Source: Candidatus Nitrospinota bacterium M3_3B_026
Lineage (GTDB): Bacteria > Nitrospinota_A > UBA7883 > JBPRGF01
Direction of reading: 5' to 3'
Length of the DNA stretch: 64,000 nucleotides
NCBI GenBank assembly: GCA_051418015.1
Contig: JBPRGF010000033.1
Coordinates: forward strand, 64,001 to 128,000
The notes beneath the pieces are model-generated. The model saw nothing but the letters and a program-made list of their open reading frames with translations. It was not told the origin of the DNA and made no database searches. Each line of letters starts with the position of its first letter. The first letter of the stretch is position 1. Shown one piece after another: positions 1-9,354 of this stretch. Position numbers and translations under genes: made by a program.

Positions 1-322
1 CCACCTGGGGAATCAGCGAGGCCGTCTCGTGGGCGCGGCGGGCGAGCGCTGGATGAACGGCGGGATCCACCACCGTCGTGTAGCCCATGGCGCCATATGA
101 AAGGCCCGCCCCCCGCGCCATGGCGGCCACAGGTGGCGCCACGAGGTGGGTGTGAATATCCACGCCCGCTGGCATGACCACGTGGCCGCGCGCGTCTATC
201 ACCTCGGCGCCGTCCCCCGCGTTCGCGGCGATTTTCCCTTCCCGGACGTGGACCGTCCGCCGGGCGCCGTCCTCTCCCGCGGCGGGGTCGATCACCTCGC
301 CGTTTTCTATCCGCAAGCTCAT
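1..322 (-). CDS. Amidohydrolase, formylmethanofuran dehydrogenase subunit A / FhcA-like (N-terminal part only; runs off the window edge)
   Basis: Not in the ORF track. My translation from ATG at 322: MSLRIENGEVIDP...IDARGHVVMPAGVDIHTH...YGAMGYTTVVDPAVHPALARRAHE. It has the amidohydrolase DxHxH motif and the FwdA-type 'MGYTT..P...P..AR..HE' segment. Confidence 0.7.
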   Translation of the reverse strand, partial: MSLRIENGEVIDPAAGEDGARRTVHVREGKIAANAGDGAEVIDARGHVVMPAGVDIHTHLVAPPVAAMARGAGLSYGAMGYTTVVDPAVHPALARRAHETASLIPQV

Positions 323-378
323 GGGATCATGATAGTACTTCAGGCGGGGATTTTTCGGCATACGCCCCAGGCGCGGTC

Positions 379-415
379 AAAAAAAACGGGCCGGACATGA
401 AAGATATCCGGCCCG
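379..415 (-). terminator. Rho-independent terminator for the 440..1024 gene
   Basis: Stem cgggccgga/tccggcccg (387-395/407-415) next to A8 on + (379-386), which is a U-tract on the - strand. Confidence 0.75.
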
Positions 416-439
416 CTTGAGCGGCTGGAAGGGGCTTGA

Positions 440-1024
440 TCAGAAAAGAGGATGTATGGGTTTATCGAACCCGAACCTTTTCATCTCCTTCCCGGCCGTT
501 CCGATAAGCCGCCACGCTCCGTTTTCCCGCGCCAGCACGTGGTCGTTGTTTATCCAGTGGTCCAGCGCTATGGAATAGGCGTCGCTCTCGCCTTTCGGCG
601 TGCCCATGAGAATCCCGCTGCAGCGGATGATCACCGCCGGGCTCTCGTTCGACGAGGTCAGAAACCGCATGTTATGCTTGGTGTAAAGCCTGTCGAACCG
701 TTCGAAGACCGATCTCCACACGCGCTCGATGGATTCTTTCGTGTGGGGGCCGTTGGCGTAACTTTCGGAGTAGAGGCTCATCAGGGCGTCGATGTCCTTG
801 TCCCGGATGGACTGCTCGGCTTTATGGAAAAAATCGATCAGCTTCCCGGCCACCTTCTCGCCAACCAAGTCCTTGGACTTCTGATCGAAAAATACGTATG
901 GATACTCGCGTGAGCCCGCCTCGGCCCATGTGGGCGACAAGGCCCCTCCGACGGCCAGGGCTCCAAGCAGGGCAAGGAAAGCCATGGACGATTTGGATAT
1001 GGCCGATATGGTTTTTACTAGCAT
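440..1024 (-). CDS. Exported protein, probable NTF2/SnoaL-like fold
   Basis: ATG at 1024 with GGGGA RBS; signal peptide; 'KDIDALMSLYSESY' and 'LARENGAWRLIG' are NTF2-like patterns. Confidence 0.6.
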   Translation of the reverse strand: MLVKTISAISKSSMAFLALLGALAVGGALSPTWAEAGSREYPYVFFDQKSKDLVGEKVAGKLIDFFHKAEQSIRDKDIDALMSLYSESYANGPHTKESIERVWRSVFERFDRLYTKHNMRFLTSSNESPAVIIRCSGILMGTPKGESDAYSIALDHWINNDHVLARENGAWRLIGTAGKEMKRFGFDKPIHPLF

Positions 1025-1104
1025 GATGTTGTCCCCGAATATAAAGTTGTTCTCCGGAATCCCCCGGCCAGGGCCGCTCCCGAAGGAGCGGAAGAGGGCC
1101 TCCG

Positions 1105-1251
1105 TCAGGCGGCCTTCCTCCACTCGGGAGCCTCGGCCGGCGCCGCTTCGATGAGTTTCTCCCTGGCGCCCGGAGCCGGAACGCTCGTCACGAAATAAGC
1201 AAGCCAGGCGGCAAAAACAATCGCCGCCACGATGAATATCAAGGTCTCCAT
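1105..1251 (-). CDS. Small (48 aa) single-pass membrane protein
   Basis: METLIFIVAAIVFAAWLAYFV... preceded by a strong GGAGG RBS and downstream of a sigma54 motif. Confidence 0.6.
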   Translation of the reverse strand: METLIFIVAAIVFAAWLAYFVTSVPAPGAREKLIEAAPAEAPEWRKAA

Positions 1252-1322
1252 AACCACCTCCCGCTCCTGTTTGAATCCAGGCAGCTGTCGTAAGGTTTTC
1301 TCGATTTCTATACTCATTCTAA

Positions 1323-1339
1323 AGCAATCCTTGCGCCAA
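1323..1339 (-). promoter_or_regulatory. sigma54 (-24/-12) promoter
   Basis: The reverse complement reads TTGGCGC-AAGGA-TTGCT, with correct GG-N10-GC spacing, in an AT-rich intergenic region. Confidence 0.75.
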
Positions 1340-1456
1340 ACTAATTGCTTGAAAAATAAAGATATATATAAAGCCCGCCGGGGAGTATCAGACAAAAATG
1401 TCAGGCGTGAGACATTTTCGGGGGTAAAGTGGGATTTGTCCGTGTGTTAATAAAGT

Positions 1457-3379
1457 TTATCCGCGCCTCGGGCGGCCGGCAAGCACGCGCCTGCCCTTGT
1501 CGTCTGTTCTTTTCGTAAGCCCCTGCGCGTCGAAGTGCTCCAGCAGCTCGATGGCGGTCTTCCTGCCGGCGCCAAGCAGGTCGCGGTACCTTCCCGTCTC
1601 CACGTGTCCGGCTCTTTCGATTTCGTCCATGAGCGCTTTTTTCGCCTTCTCCAGCGTCTCCCTGCTCAGGGCGAAGCCCGGCGCGATGTAGACGAGGTCT
1701 CCCGCCTGGACGAGTGCCCGGATCATCTTCGCCGTCTCGTCCCTCTTCATCCCGGTGAGTTTTTCCAGCGCGCCGGTTTTGGGAGGGTTGAGCCCGTTTT
1801 CCTCGAAAATGGCGAGGATTTTACGCCTGGCCTCCTCGTCGGCGCCGATGAACGCGGCGGCCCTGCCGGGCAGTTTCACGATGGAGCCTTCACGCTCGAT
1901 CCGCCCCAGCCCCTCAACCCGGCGGACCCATCGGGCCGCGACGGCCTCGTCCATGCCTCTCATGGCGGTTTTCACGAGGTAGGACTCCTCCACTCCGGCG
2001 AGGGAAGGATGTTTCCCGTGAAACATTTTCACCTCCCCGGCGACAAGCTCCACGAGCCTTTTCTCCTCGGCGATGGTATAGGCGAGGCGTTCCCCCTTCA
2101 GCTCGAAAGTCCTTATCCCTCCGTTCTTTTCGAGGATGGAGTCGATCCGCATCTCGGGGAGGTTGAAGACGGCGGTGATTTCCTTCAGCGGCCTGCCCCA
2201 TGGCTTTTGACCGACGAACGCCGCGACGCCGGTCTCCAGGTTTTTCAGCTCCTCCCATTTTTTCATCTTCGACTTAAGCCCCCGCCGCCCCATCGGCCCT
2301 CCGCCAGGCTCCAGGACAACCCCGCCTCCCAGGGTGTGGCTGGCCGAGGAGGAGCGCAGGATGAACCTGTCGCCGTGGAGGATGTTCAGGGGCTCGCCGA
2401 AGCGGACCTGGGCCACGGCGCTCTCTCCCGGCTTCAGGCTTTTGTCGGAGGCCAGGTAGACGCGGCAGAGCGTTTCGGCCGTGTTGATATGCAGCATGTA
2501 CGTCCTGCCGTGGGCTATGGTGAAAGGCGACGAGCGGTGACAGGAAAGGCTGGCGGTGAAGATGGCGCTCTCCGTGGCGATGGCCGCGTCGACCACCGTC
2601 ATCCCGCGGCTGATCCGCGCCTTCTCCGGCCCGGCGAGGTTCAGGGCGGTCCTGACCCCCGCCGCGGCGTTTTGGGCCGGCTCGCCGTGGTTCTGTATCC
2701 CCCGGACGCGCCCCTTAAGGCCGCCGGGGACTATCACCAGCCTGTCGTCCACTTTCGCCCTGCCGCTTAAGACCGTCCCCGTCACCACGACGCCGTGACC
2801 CTTTATGGTGAAGACGCGGTCGATCGGCAGCCTGAAGAAGGCGTCGGTGTTTTTCGGCGGCGTGGCCAGGGCGAGCCTTTCAAGCTCCGCGGCCAGCTCT
2901 TCGAGCCCCTCCCCCGTGACGGACGAGCAGGGGATTATCCTGGCGCCTTTCAGGGAGGATTTTTCGATAAGCTCCGCCACATCCACGAGGGCAAGCTCCA
3001 GCGTCTCCTCGTCCACGAGGTCGATCTTCGTCAGGGCGACGACGCCCCTTGGCGCCCCCAGTGTCTCCATGATCGCAAGATGCTCCACCGTCTGCGGCAT
3101 GACCCCGTCGTCGGCGGCCACGACGAGCAGGGCCACGTCTATCCCCGCCGCCCCGGCCACCATGTTGTGGACGAACCGCTGATGGCCCGGGACGTCCACC
3201 ACGCCGACGCTCGCGCCGCCGGGGAGTTCCAGTTTCGCGAAGCCGATATCGATGGTGATGCCGCGGCGCTTTTCCTCCTTGAGTCTGTCCAGGCTGGCCC
3301 CGGCGAGGGCTTCGATGAGCCTCGTCTTGCCGTGGTCGATGTGCCCGGCGGCGCCTATGACGCAGCTTAGAAGAGACAC
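1457..3379 (-). CDS. selB: Selenocysteine-specific translation elongation factor
   Basis: AGHIDHGKT, DRLKEEKRRGITIDIGFA, DVPGHQRF, FRLPIDRVFTIKGHG; C-terminal winged helix 'RDLLGAGRKTAIELLEHFD'; 640 aa. Confidence 0.95.
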   Translation of the reverse strand: MSLLSCVIGAAGHIDHGKTRLIEALAGASLDRLKEEKRRGITIDIGFAKLELPGGASVGVVDVPGHQRFVHNMVAGAAGIDVALLVVAADDGVMPQTVEHLAIMETLGAPRGVVALTKIDLVDEETLELALVDVAELIEKSSLKGARIIPCSSVTGEGLEELAAELERLALATPPKNTDAFFRLPIDRVFTIKGHGVVVTGTVLSGRAKVDDRLVIVPGGLKGRVRGIQNHGEPAQNAAAGVRTALNLAGPEKARISRGMTVVDAAIATESAIFTASLSCHRSSPFTIAHGRTYMLHINTAETLCRVYLASDKSLKPGESAVAQVRFGEPLNILHGDRFILRSSSASHTLGGGVVLEPGGGPMGRRGLKSKMKKWEELKNLETGVAAFVGQKPWGRPLKEITAVFNLPEMRIDSILEKNGGIRTFELKGERLAYTIAEEKRLVELVAGEVKMFHGKHPSLAGVEESYLVKTAMRGMDEAVAARWVRRVEGLGRIEREGSIVKLPGRAAAFIGADEEARRKILAIFEENGLNPPKTGALEKLTGMKRDETAKMIRALVQAGDLVYIAPGFALSRETLEKAKKALMDEIERAGHVETGRYRDLLGAGRKTAIELLEHFDAQGLTKRTDDKGRRVLAGRPRRG

Positions 3380-3400
3380 GGCGTCAGGCGCGGCGGCGCG

Positions 3401-4357
3401 TCACTTCAGCCATCCGCGCTCCCTGTAATACTTTTCGGCGCCGGGGTGGAGCGGGGCGGAGAGCCCTTCCAGCATCTTTTGCGGCTCCAGGCCCCCAAGG
3501 GCGGAATGGGTTTTTCTGAACTTATCGAAATTCTCGAAGACGGCTTTCACGACGTTGTAGACGACATCACCGGGAAGGGCCGTGGTGGCAAGGAGCGTGG
3601 CCCTCACGGCGAAGGTCTCCACGGGCTCGGCGACGCCCGGGTAGACGCCGCCGGGTATCCGCGTCCGGACGTAATAGGGCCTGCCCGCCGTCAACGCTTC
3701 GAGGGTCGCTCCATCCACGGGGACAAGGGTTATGGAGGCGGAGGAGGCCACGTCCATGATGTTGGCCGATCCCACGCCGACGGTGTAGCAGTAGGCGTCG
3801 ATCCTGCCGTCGCGAAGGTAGTTCGGCGCCTCGGTGGCGTTCAGATTCTGGGCGCTGATGTCGCCGAGCCCCAGGGGCGCCACGCTGAACAGCGCCGCGG
3901 CGCTCGATCGCTGGCCGGAGCCGGGGTTGCCTATGTTCACCCGTTTTCCCTTGAGGCCGGCGAGCGTCTCGATCCCGGCGTCCTTCCTGGCCACGATGTG
4001 AAAAGGCTCCTCGTGCAGGCTGAAGAGCGACCGCAGGTTTTCAACCTTCCGGCCCTTGTATTCCCCGGCGCCATGGTAGGCCCTGTGGGCCACGTCGGAC
4101 TGGACGAGGCCCATGTCCAGCTCGCCCACGGACATGGAGTTTACGTTGTAAGTCGAGCCGCCGGTGCTCTCCACGGTGGCGCGGATTCCGTTCTCATCGC
4201 TTTTTTCGTTCACTATCTTCGCGATGGCCCCGGCGGCGGGATAATAAATTCCGGTAACGCCTCCAGCCCCGATGGTGAGGTATCGCCTGGCGGCGGCTTC
4301 GTCCGGGAGGGCCGCCGCCAGCGCCAGAGCCGCCAGCGTAATGTGAAAAATTTTCAT
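3401..4357 (-). CDS. TAXI-family TRAP transporter solute-binding protein
   Basis: Signal peptide; TIGAGGVTGIYY, STGGS.YN, NIGNPGSGQR, PLHPGAEKYYRERG. Confidence 0.92.
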   Translation of the reverse strand: MKIFHITLAALALAAALPDEAAARRYLTIGAGGVTGIYYPAAGAIAKIVNEKSDENGIRATVESTGGSTYNVNSMSVGELDMGLVQSDVAHRAYHGAGEYKGRKVENLRSLFSLHEEPFHIVARKDAGIETLAGLKGKRVNIGNPGSGQRSSAAALFSVAPLGLGDISAQNLNATEAPNYLRDGRIDAYCYTVGVGSANIMDVASSASITLVPVDGATLEALTAGRPYYVRTRIPGGVYPGVAEPVETFAVRATLLATTALPGDVVYNVVKAVFENFDKFRKTHSALGGLEPQKMLEGLSAPLHPGAEKYYRERGWLK

Positions 4358-4406
4358 GAAAAAAACCTCCGATAATTGGCGAAACGGATGGCGTTCTCTC
4401 TCAGGG

Positions 4407-4895
4407 TCAGTCGATCATGTAATGCGAAAGCCTGTCCCACGAAAGGCCGAAGAGAATCAGCACAAGCCCCGCCCAGCCGGAGGACGACCAGTTCAGCCAG
4501 AATTGCAAAAGCTTCATATGCTCATATACCCCGCCTTCCCCCAGCTCGTAGGGGGGAGCCCCGCGAGGAGCGAAGGTGCCCGGATCGGTCAAAATCATCA
4601 GGCCGCCCGCGATGACGCAGACAAGCCCCACCAGGTCCCTGTGCCCGCTCATCCAGACCAGGAGAGGGGATTGGCGCGTCCGGCCGCTCATTATCGGCGC
4701 CACCTCGAAGACGCGGCTGGAGTCCTCGCGCAGCACCTGTCTTATAACGTCGCGGCGAGCCGCCTCCCAGTCCTCGTCGGAGATCACCCCGTCGCCGTCC
4801 CTGTCGTATTTCGCGAGCAGGGTGGGTTTGGACTTCAGGGCGCGCAGCTTGGCTATAACCAGCTTTTTCTGTCTGTCATTGAGCCTTCTTTCCAT
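4407..4895 (-). CDS. Hypothetical membrane protein with EF-hand-like loop
   Basis: DRDGDGVISDED EF-hand pattern plus two hydrophobic segments. Confidence 0.55.
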   Translation of the reverse strand: MERRLNDRQKKLVIAKLRALKSKPTLLAKYDRDGDGVISDEDWEAARRDVIRQVLREDSSRVFEVAPIMSGRTRQSPLLVWMSGHRDLVGLVCVIAGGLMILTDPGTFAPRGAPPYELGEGGVYEHMKLLQFWLNWSSSGWAGLVLILFGLSWDRLSHYMID

Positions 4896-4973
4896 GGGTC
4901 AAATTTATCACAAATCCACGCCGGGGAGGGAAGGTATGAAAAACATAACATGCCATGGAGATGACCCGCGCGC

Positions 4974-7385
4974 TCAGCGTTGGATGAGCCGCAACGAGGC
5001 CGCCGCCATGGCGTAAAGACACGCCGCGGCGGCCACCACCGCCATGAATCCGAAATGTATCGCCAGCAGGACCGCGAGGACGGCGCTCATGACCGACGCG
5101 CAGCCGTTTATCCCCCATGCCCATGGGACGAGGGAGGGGGCCTTCTTTGCGACGAGGCTCAAACCCAGCGGGAAGGGCATCCCCATGAAAAACCCGAGAG
5201 GCGCAAGGAGGGCGACTGAGAGCGCGGCCTTCTGCGGCTCGGGGAAACCCGCGGTCATACCGAACACCGGCGGCAGGAGGAAAAGATACGCCCCGGCGAT
5301 GGTTATGACGGCCCCGGCGGCGATATCAACCGGACGGAAACTTCCCGCCACGCGCTCCCCGAGCCTCGCCGAGAAACCGCTTCCCAGCCCCGCGAAGACG
5401 AGAAACGAGCTGAGGATGACCGCCGCCGCGTATATCGGGTGGCTCAGGTAAAGGGTGAACTTCTGGATGAAGGACATCTCGATGAACATGAAACCGAGCC
5501 CCAGGCAAGTGAAATAGACAACAACTCCCGCGCCGCCCTTCGCCAGCGGCCCCCCGCCAAGCGCCCGCAACGGCGCCAGGACTAGCGCCGCGCTTAACAC
5601 AGCCGCCTGGACGAGCGCCGCGGACAGGATCACGTACCCCCACTCGACCAGCGGCGCGCCGCCGCGGCTTATCAGGCCGAAAAACTCGGGCGCTGATCTC
5701 CACTTGAAAAAGTTGAAAAAATACGGCCTGTCGTCGGTGGCGGGGGATATGTCGAACTTGTAGCGCTCCATGAACTCCGCCCGCCCGCCGCCCAGTATTT
5801 TCAACGCGCCTTCATAAAAGTATGGCGCCTGCAATATGTTCCTGGTGTTGACCTCCCCGGGCCGGACGCCGGGGTGATAGGCCGTGTCGAAGGATCGCCT
5901 GCCGCAGAAAGCCTTGATGGATTTTATGTCCTCCCGCGAAAACTCCCCGTTCTTCACAAGCAGGAGGATATGGCTCCAGCCTCGGACGAGGGCCATCCTT
6001 TTGCCCGGCGCTGTTTCGCCGTTTCGCTCCATGGCCTCCACGGCCGTGGCCAGTATTTTCAGCGTGTCCCTTGGCGGAAGCTTCAGCCTCCCCGTCACCG
6101 CCAGCATCCCGCCGGGGGTCAGGCGGCGCAGGTAGCCCCGGAAAGCCTCCACTGTGTAGGCGAAGCCCTCGTTCAACGCCCCGGCGCCCGCCGCGTCCCC
6201 CGCGCTTCTCCCGGCGTGGAGCTGGATCAGGTCGTATCTTTTCTCCGTGGACGCGATATATCCCCTCGCCTCCGCCACGTGGACGCGGATGTTATCCCGG
6301 CCATATATCCCGCCCGCGAAACCGGAAAAGTCGTCCCGGACGAGCCTTGCCATGTCCGGGTTCGGCTCCACGGCGTCTACCGCGTCCGCGCCGTGGTAGA
6401 GGGCGAGAAGGACGCCCGATCCACCGCCCGCGCCAAGCGCCAGGACTTTCGGGCGGGTCAGCAGGTGGTAGGGCAGGGCGGAGAGGGTGTAGTCGAGGTA
6501 TTCTATCGGCTGTTTGCCGCCGCTGTAGCGGGTGATCGCCGTCATGGCCCCGGCGTCGGTGAAGACGCCGAGCTGCTCCGGCGGCCAGGCGGGGCTGTTC
6601 AGGCTGAGGCCCGGCGCGTGGCGGAAGGGTATCAGCGGGCTTTTGACGACGGTCAGGAGCCCGAGCGGGCTTGTCCTTTTCTTTATCACTTTCGCCCCCG
6701 GCGCGAGGAGGGCCTGGCTAAGCTGCTTGTACTCGCTGATTTTCGGCTCAAGCCACGCCGCCGGAAGAAGCAGAGACGCCGAGGCCGCCAGAAGCGCCAT
6801 GCCCGCCATCGCCGTCCTGCGCCTCCTCTCCGTCTCCAGCGCGGCGGCGAAAGCAGCGGCTGTCAGCGCCGCGGTGGACGCTGCTTTCATGAGCGTTTCC
6901 GGGTAAAACCAGAACATCGCCACCGTAATCAGAAAAGCCCCCGCCCCCGCCCCGGCAAGGTCGGCCCGGTATATGGCCCCGGCGCTTCTTTTTTTGTAAA
7001 TGAACGCCAGCCCTATCACGTTCGCCGCGAAGAAAAAGGGGATGGAGAGGACAAGGTATATGGCCGCCATGTAGAGCGCCTGCCGCGCGTCCCAGGCGAT
7101 TTCGAGCGGGTTGAAGGGTATTCGCTGGGCCGCGGCGTGGCAGGCGGGGGTCGAGACGCCGAAGAGAGCGGCGTTGAGGAAAAAAGCGGCGGGGAAATCC
7201 CTTTCGAGCAGCCGCCGGGCCAGCGCCAGGAACGTGCCGCTCATCCCGAACCCCAGCAGCGCGAGGCTGATTATCATCCAGGCGAAATGGCTCCACTGGG
7301 AGATGGAGAACATCCGCATCAGGAGTATCTCCAGGCCGATGACGGCGGCGGAGATGATGAAGACGAGCGGGTAAAGAGTCGGCAT
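4974..7385 (-). CDS. Multi-pass membrane protein with spermidine-synthase-like SAM-dependent methyltransferase domain
   Basis: N- and C-terminal TM bundles; VLALGAGGGSG, VDAVEPNP, PATDDRPYFF, GMPFPLG, WAWGING motifs. Confidence 0.85.
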   Translation of the reverse strand: MPTLYPLVFIISAAVIGLEILLMRMFSISQWSHFAWMIISLALLGFGMSGTFLALARRLLERDFPAAFFLNAALFGVSTPACHAAAQRIPFNPLEIAWDARQALYMAAIYLVLSIPFFFAANVIGLAFIYKKRSAGAIYRADLAGAGAGAFLITVAMFWFYPETLMKAASTAALTAAAFAAALETERRRRTAMAGMALLAASASLLLPAAWLEPKISEYKQLSQALLAPGAKVIKKRTSPLGLLTVVKSPLIPFRHAPGLSLNSPAWPPEQLGVFTDAGAMTAITRYSGGKQPIEYLDYTLSALPYHLLTRPKVLALGAGGGSGVLLALYHGADAVDAVEPNPDMARLVRDDFSGFAGGIYGRDNIRVHVAEARGYIASTEKRYDLIQLHAGRSAGDAAGAGALNEGFAYTVEAFRGYLRRLTPGGMLAVTGRLKLPPRDTLKILATAVEAMERNGETAPGKRMALVRGWSHILLLVKNGEFSREDIKSIKAFCGRRSFDTAYHPGVRPGEVNTRNILQAPYFYEGALKILGGGRAEFMERYKFDISPATDDRPYFFNFFKWRSAPEFFGLISRGGAPLVEWGYVILSAALVQAAVLSAALVLAPLRALGGGPLAKGGAGVVVYFTCLGLGFMFIEMSFIQKFTLYLSHPIYAAAVILSSFLVFAGLGSGFSARLGERVAGSFRPVDIAAGAVITIAGAYLFLLPPVFGMTAGFPEPQKAALSVALLAPLGFFMGMPFPLGLSLVAKKAPSLVPWAWGINGCASVMSAVLAVLLAIHFGFMAVVAAAACLYAMAAASLRLIQR

Positions 7386-8116
7386 CAACGCCTGCCAGTG
7401 AGGGGCACGAACCGGACGGGCAGCACCTGCCTGGTGGTGACCGTCCCGTCCCCGGCCTTCTCGACGAAGGTCAGCTGCTGAGCCATGAACCTCCCCCCCA
7501 CGGGGATAACCATGCGCCCGCCGGGCTTGAGCTGCCGGACGAGCGGCGGGGGAACGTGATCGGCGGCGGCAGTCACAACTATAGCGTCGAAGGGGGCGCG
7601 CTCGGGCCAGCCGTAGTAGCCGTCCCCTACCTTTACCGTGACGTTATCATACCCCAGGCGCTCGAGCCTCTCCCTGGCGCTTCGCCCCAGCTCGGGGATT
7701 ATCTCGATGGTGTGCACCTCCTTCACGAGAGGGGAGAGCACCGCCGCCTGGTAGCCCGAGCCTGTCCCAACCTCCAGGACCACGTCGTCCCCGTCCACGT
7801 CCAGAAGGTCGGTCATCAGCGCGACTATGTAAGGCTGGGAGATCGTCTGGCCATGGCCTATGGGGAGGGGGCGGTTCAGGTACGCCATGTCCCTGTGTTT
7901 TTCGGGGACGAAAAGATGACGCTTCGCCCCGGCGATGGACTTCATGACCTTTTCGTCGAGCCTGTCTTTGCCGACCCATGAGCTGGTCTCCTGGACGTCG
8001 CGCTCGATCTGGCGGACAAGGCGCTCCCGCTCCTCCTGGTACGGGCTGGACGAAAGAGCGGCCCCCGCCCACGCCAGGACGGCAAGCGGCAGGGCAAACG
8101 GCATGGTCATCCTCAT
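7385..8116 (-). CDS. pcm: Protein-L-isoaspartate O-methyltransferase
   Basis: PLPIGHGQTISQPYIVA, VLEVGTGSGYQAA, APFDAIVVTAA, QLKPGGRMVIPVG, VRFVPL. Confidence 0.95.
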   Translation of the reverse strand: MRMTMPFALPLAVLAWAGAALSSSPYQEERERLVRQIERDVQETSSWVGKDRLDEKVMKSIAGAKRHLFVPEKHRDMAYLNRPLPIGHGQTISQPYIVALMTDLLDVDGDDVVLEVGTGSGYQAAVLSPLVKEVHTIEIIPELGRSARERLERLGYDNVTVKVGDGYYGWPERAPFDAIVVTAAADHVPPPLVRQLKPGGRMVIPVGGRFMAQQLTFVEKAGDGTVTTRQVLPVRFVPLTGRR

Positions 8117-8246
8117 CGGCGCGCCTCTCCATGCGGAACCACCTGACTATGATATTAAATCAGGCCGCCGCCGCTCTCAACACCCCCGCCGGGGCTTGGT
8201 AGAATGGAGCCTTCACCGGGGCCGTGAATTTTTTTTGGTGGAGGTC

Positions 8247-9047
8247 ATGCCGGAGCTGCCGGACGTGGAGGCGTTCAAGAGATACCTGAACGCCACGTCC
8301 CTTCACAAGACCATCGGGAGAGTGAAAGTATACGCCCCGGACGTGCTTGAAGGAGTCTCGGGCCGGAGGCTGAGGAACGCCCTCGAGGGGAAGAGCCTGG
8401 ATCAGACCCGCCGCCACGGCAAGTATCTTTTCGCGCGGATAAGCGGAGGCGGCTGGCTTGTCATGCATTTCGGCATGACCGGGCGCCTGAAATATTTCAA
8501 GGGGACTCACAGCCCGCCGCGCCACACGCGGCTTCTTCTCTCCTTCGAGAACGGTTTCAACCTCGCCTACATCCTCCAGCGCAAGCTCGGCAGGGTGTTC
8601 CTCGCCGGGAGCGGCGGCTCGTTCATAAAAGAACGCGGCCTCGGCCCCGATGCCATGACGATAGGCCGAGCCCCGTTCCTCCAGCGTCTGGGCAAAGGCA
8701 GGGGCGGCGTCAAGCCGTGGCTCATGAACCAGGGTAACATCGCGGGGATCGGCAACATATATTCCGACGAAATTCTGTTCCAGGCCCGCGTCCATCCGCT
8801 GAGAAAGACCGGCTCGCTCGACGAGACGGCGGGAAAGCGCCTGTTCCGGAAGACGCGCAGCGTTCTGAAAACCGCGTCGGACGCCGGGGCGGACCCGGAG
8901 GCCATGCCCCGCTCGTGGCTTATGCGTCATCGGAAAGGCGGGGGCCGGTGCCCGAGATGCTCCTCACCGCTCGCGACCCTGAAGGCGGCGGGGAGAACGT
9001 CATGGTTTTGCCCGGAATGCCAGCCCGCGCGGCCCACGGACCAGTAA
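8247..9047 (+). CDS. Fpg/Nei-family DNA glycosylase
   Basis: Start reassigned to MPELPDVE (GGAGG RBS); RHGKYL, HFGMTG, GIGNIYSDE, C-terminal CPRC...CPECQ zinc finger. Confidence 0.92.
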   Translation: MPELPDVEAFKRYLNATSLHKTIGRVKVYAPDVLEGVSGRRLRNALEGKSLDQTRRHGKYLFARISGGGWLVMHFGMTGRLKYFKGTHSPPRHTRLLLSFENGFNLAYILQRKLGRVFLAGSGGSFIKERGLGPDAMTIGRAPFLQRLGKGRGGVKPWLMNQGNIAGIGNIYSDEILFQARVHPLRKTGSLDETAGKRLFRKTRSVLKTASDAGADPEAMPRSWLMRHRKGGGRCPRCSSPLATLKAAGRTSWFCPECQPARPTDQ

Positions 9048-9354
9048 GCGTTTCCGCTTTACGGTCAAAATATTCTGATAAACTGGGATAATAATTGGAA
9101 TGAAAAAAGCAATGGCGCCGCATGAAGCGTCAACAGCGCCCCCTGGGCCCCTGAAAAAAGCGCAAGCGAGGCCCGCGCCGCCTTGCGCCGGCGTCCAAGG
9201 GAGTGCTTGTTCTTTTTACGGGAAGGTTATAAGTTAATATCAGCAGCCTTCAGGAGTCCGAGAGGCTGCCGTCATGGGTTTGTTTTTTGACGTGGCGCCG
9301 GAGGCGGCGGGATTCCCGGCGGTCCGCCGGCTTTCCCAGGAAAGGTGGCTGTAG

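Noticed and set aside
7935..8246. N-terminal extension of the Fpg ORF in the track (similarly the rnhB extension to 61631 and the ccsA extension from 31065)
   Set aside because: The extensions overlap other genes or repeats. Family-typical starts lie downstream, and Fpg needs its N-terminal Pro.
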